32,000 nucleotides of DNA from the NCBI GenBank assembly GCA_000091165.1, contig FP565575.1:510001-542000 (forward strand). The letters are read 5' to 3'. A model generated the notes under the pieces. That model was not told the origin of the DNA and made no database searches. It saw nothing but the letters and a program-made list of their open reading frames with translations. Shown one piece after another: positions 31,056 through 32,000 of the stretch (positions are counted from its first letter, which is position 1; every line of letters begins with the position of its first letter). The stretch is from Candidatus Methylomirabilis oxygeniifera. GTDB lineage: Bacteria; Methylomirabilota; Methylomirabilia; Methylomirabilales; Methylomirabilaceae. The translations under genes and the position numbers were made by a program.

Positions 31056-31353
31056 TCAACGGCGGCCGCGCCAATAGAAAGGGCGCCTCTTCTGGTGCGC
31101 TACCGCCAGTAGTCTGACCTCGTCAGGCCGAACGGAGTAAACCAGAGAGTATGGGAATCTGACGAGGGGTTTCTTCCGCACACGTCCGCGGACGAACTGA
31201 GCCGCTTCCGGGAGACTGAGAGATGCTCTCTGCGCCGCGTTCGACCTCGTCGATGAACACACTGCCGAGCCCCGGGTCTTCGAGGTCGTAGAAGTCGGCT
31301 GTTTCGTTGATCTCGACCTCGGCCGTCTCGTGGATCGAAAATCGTCGGCTCAT
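31056..31353 (-). pseudogene. ParE/RelE-family toxin with single-base frameshift
   Basis: MSRRFSIHETAEVEINETADFYDLEDPGLGSVFIDEVERGAESISQSP, then frame switch to PEAAQFVRGRVRKKPLVRFPYSLVYSVRPDEVRLLAVAHQKRRPFYWRGRR*. Confidence 0.85.
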
Positions 31354-31574
31354 TTTCGGCGAGCCCGCGCCCGGGCAAGCACTTCGTCCGCCGGGTACGC
31401 GCGGGCCGCGCCACTGTCGAGTTCCTCATCGCGCCGAATCGCTTCGTCGATCCATAGCTTTTCAATTTCTGCCTCACTCAGTGCGTCTAAACTGGCGAGC
31501 AGTTCGCGAGCCAGACGCGCACGCGCTGCCGGATTCAGGCGAAGGGCCTCTTCTCTTAGTTCGTCAACGTTCAT
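31350..31574 (-). CDS. Addiction-module component antitoxin
   Basis: MNVDELREEALRLNPAARARLARELLASLDALSEAEIEKLWIDEAIRRDEELDSGAARAYPADEVLARARARRK. Confidence 0.9.
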   Translation of the reverse strand: MNVDELREEALRLNPAARARLARELLASLDALSEAEIEKLWIDEAIRRDEELDSGAARAYPADEVLARARARRK

Positions 31575-31643
31575 CTGCGCACCTCCAATTTCATTTGCGG
31601 TGTTCCTTATCGTCTTCTATTTTCCGGGCCAATTATGATTACG

Positions 31644-31786
31644 CTGGTCCGTACAACACAGCCCCAAAATTGCTCACGATATGCGGGATTTTCCTGCCGT
31701 TTCGCAGACTTGTCAACGGAATTTCAACAGGGCCCATAGGGACAAAGGCCGCCCCGACGGTCGGCATAATCCTGATATGGCCGACC
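31644..31786 (-). repeat. Dispersed promoter-bearing repeat, copy C (next to integrase 3' end)
   Basis: Near-identical to copy A; minus-strand TTGACA (31716-31711), 17-nt spacer, GAAAAT (31693-31688). Confidence 0.85.
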
Positions 31787-31815
31787 AATGCTGAGGTCGT
31801 GCGGGTGTGCACGGG

Positions 31816-32000
31816 CTACGGACTGCGAACCCCTCTGCTGCCTCGGTTCAACACATGGGTGTAGATCATCGTCGTACTGACATCCCGATAACCCAGCAAC
31901 TCCTGGACAGTGCGAATGTCATAGCCATCTTCGAGGCGATGTGTAGCAAAGGAATGGTGAACCTTACTGAAAATTGCGGCTGGGGGTGGCGAGGTTAGCG
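31816..32000 (-). pseudogene. intI: C-terminal part of an integron-type tyrosine recombinase (IntI-like), N-terminus outside window
   Basis: Minus-strand frame ...[57 protein letters not shown] (stop 31818-31816), closely matching the IntI C-terminal box. Confidence 0.85.

Noticed and set aside
31001-31060. Possible hybrid attC (GGGCCAACAAGGGCAC on the minus strand) between the ParE gene and the higB remnant
   Set aside because: Only an R''-like half is visible with no matching partner; it may instead mark the deletion junction that removed most of higB.
31837-32000. Plus-strand 63-aa ORF at 31807-31998
   Set aside because: It is the complement of the integrase-like C-terminus, which has a strong family match on the minus strand.

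Overview
The window is a GC-rich bacterial chromosome segment with a housekeeping backbone and two islands that look integron-related. Backbone, left to right: 3' part of purL, hom, thrC, tRNA-Gly(GCC), tRNA-Cys(GCA), a haem-binding CxxCH protein, acyl-CoA dehydrogenase, meaB (frameshifted), a two-subunit CoA-transferase, msrPQ, NUDIX hydrolase, a minus-strand cluster (membrane mannosyl/glucosyltransferase-like, two radical SAM/SPASM proteins, GT2 glycosyltransferase, methyltransferase), DoxX-like protein, a large GH63-like glucosidase and msrB. Toxin-antitoxin modules are scattered throughout. The most interesting signal is at the right edge. A minus-strand reading frame entering from beyond 32000 ends with an integron-integrase-type C-terminus ([45 protein letters not shown]). 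Two catalytic positions appear lost. Downstream of its 3' end, in the same orientation, lies about 4 kb of small cassette-like genes: TA modules, a DUF2283-like protein, a lipoprotein and a HEPN-like protein. Candidate attC sites and three copies of a ~110-143 bp dispersed repeat, each carrying a TTGACA-17bp-GAAAAT/GACAAT promoter-like motif, are interspersed. A second, plus-strand group at about 11.24-12.97 kb has a well-formed attC (12206-12305) behind a DUF2971-like gene split by an in-frame TAG. No CRISPR array was found. All family names come from recognising motifs by eye; no database search was run.
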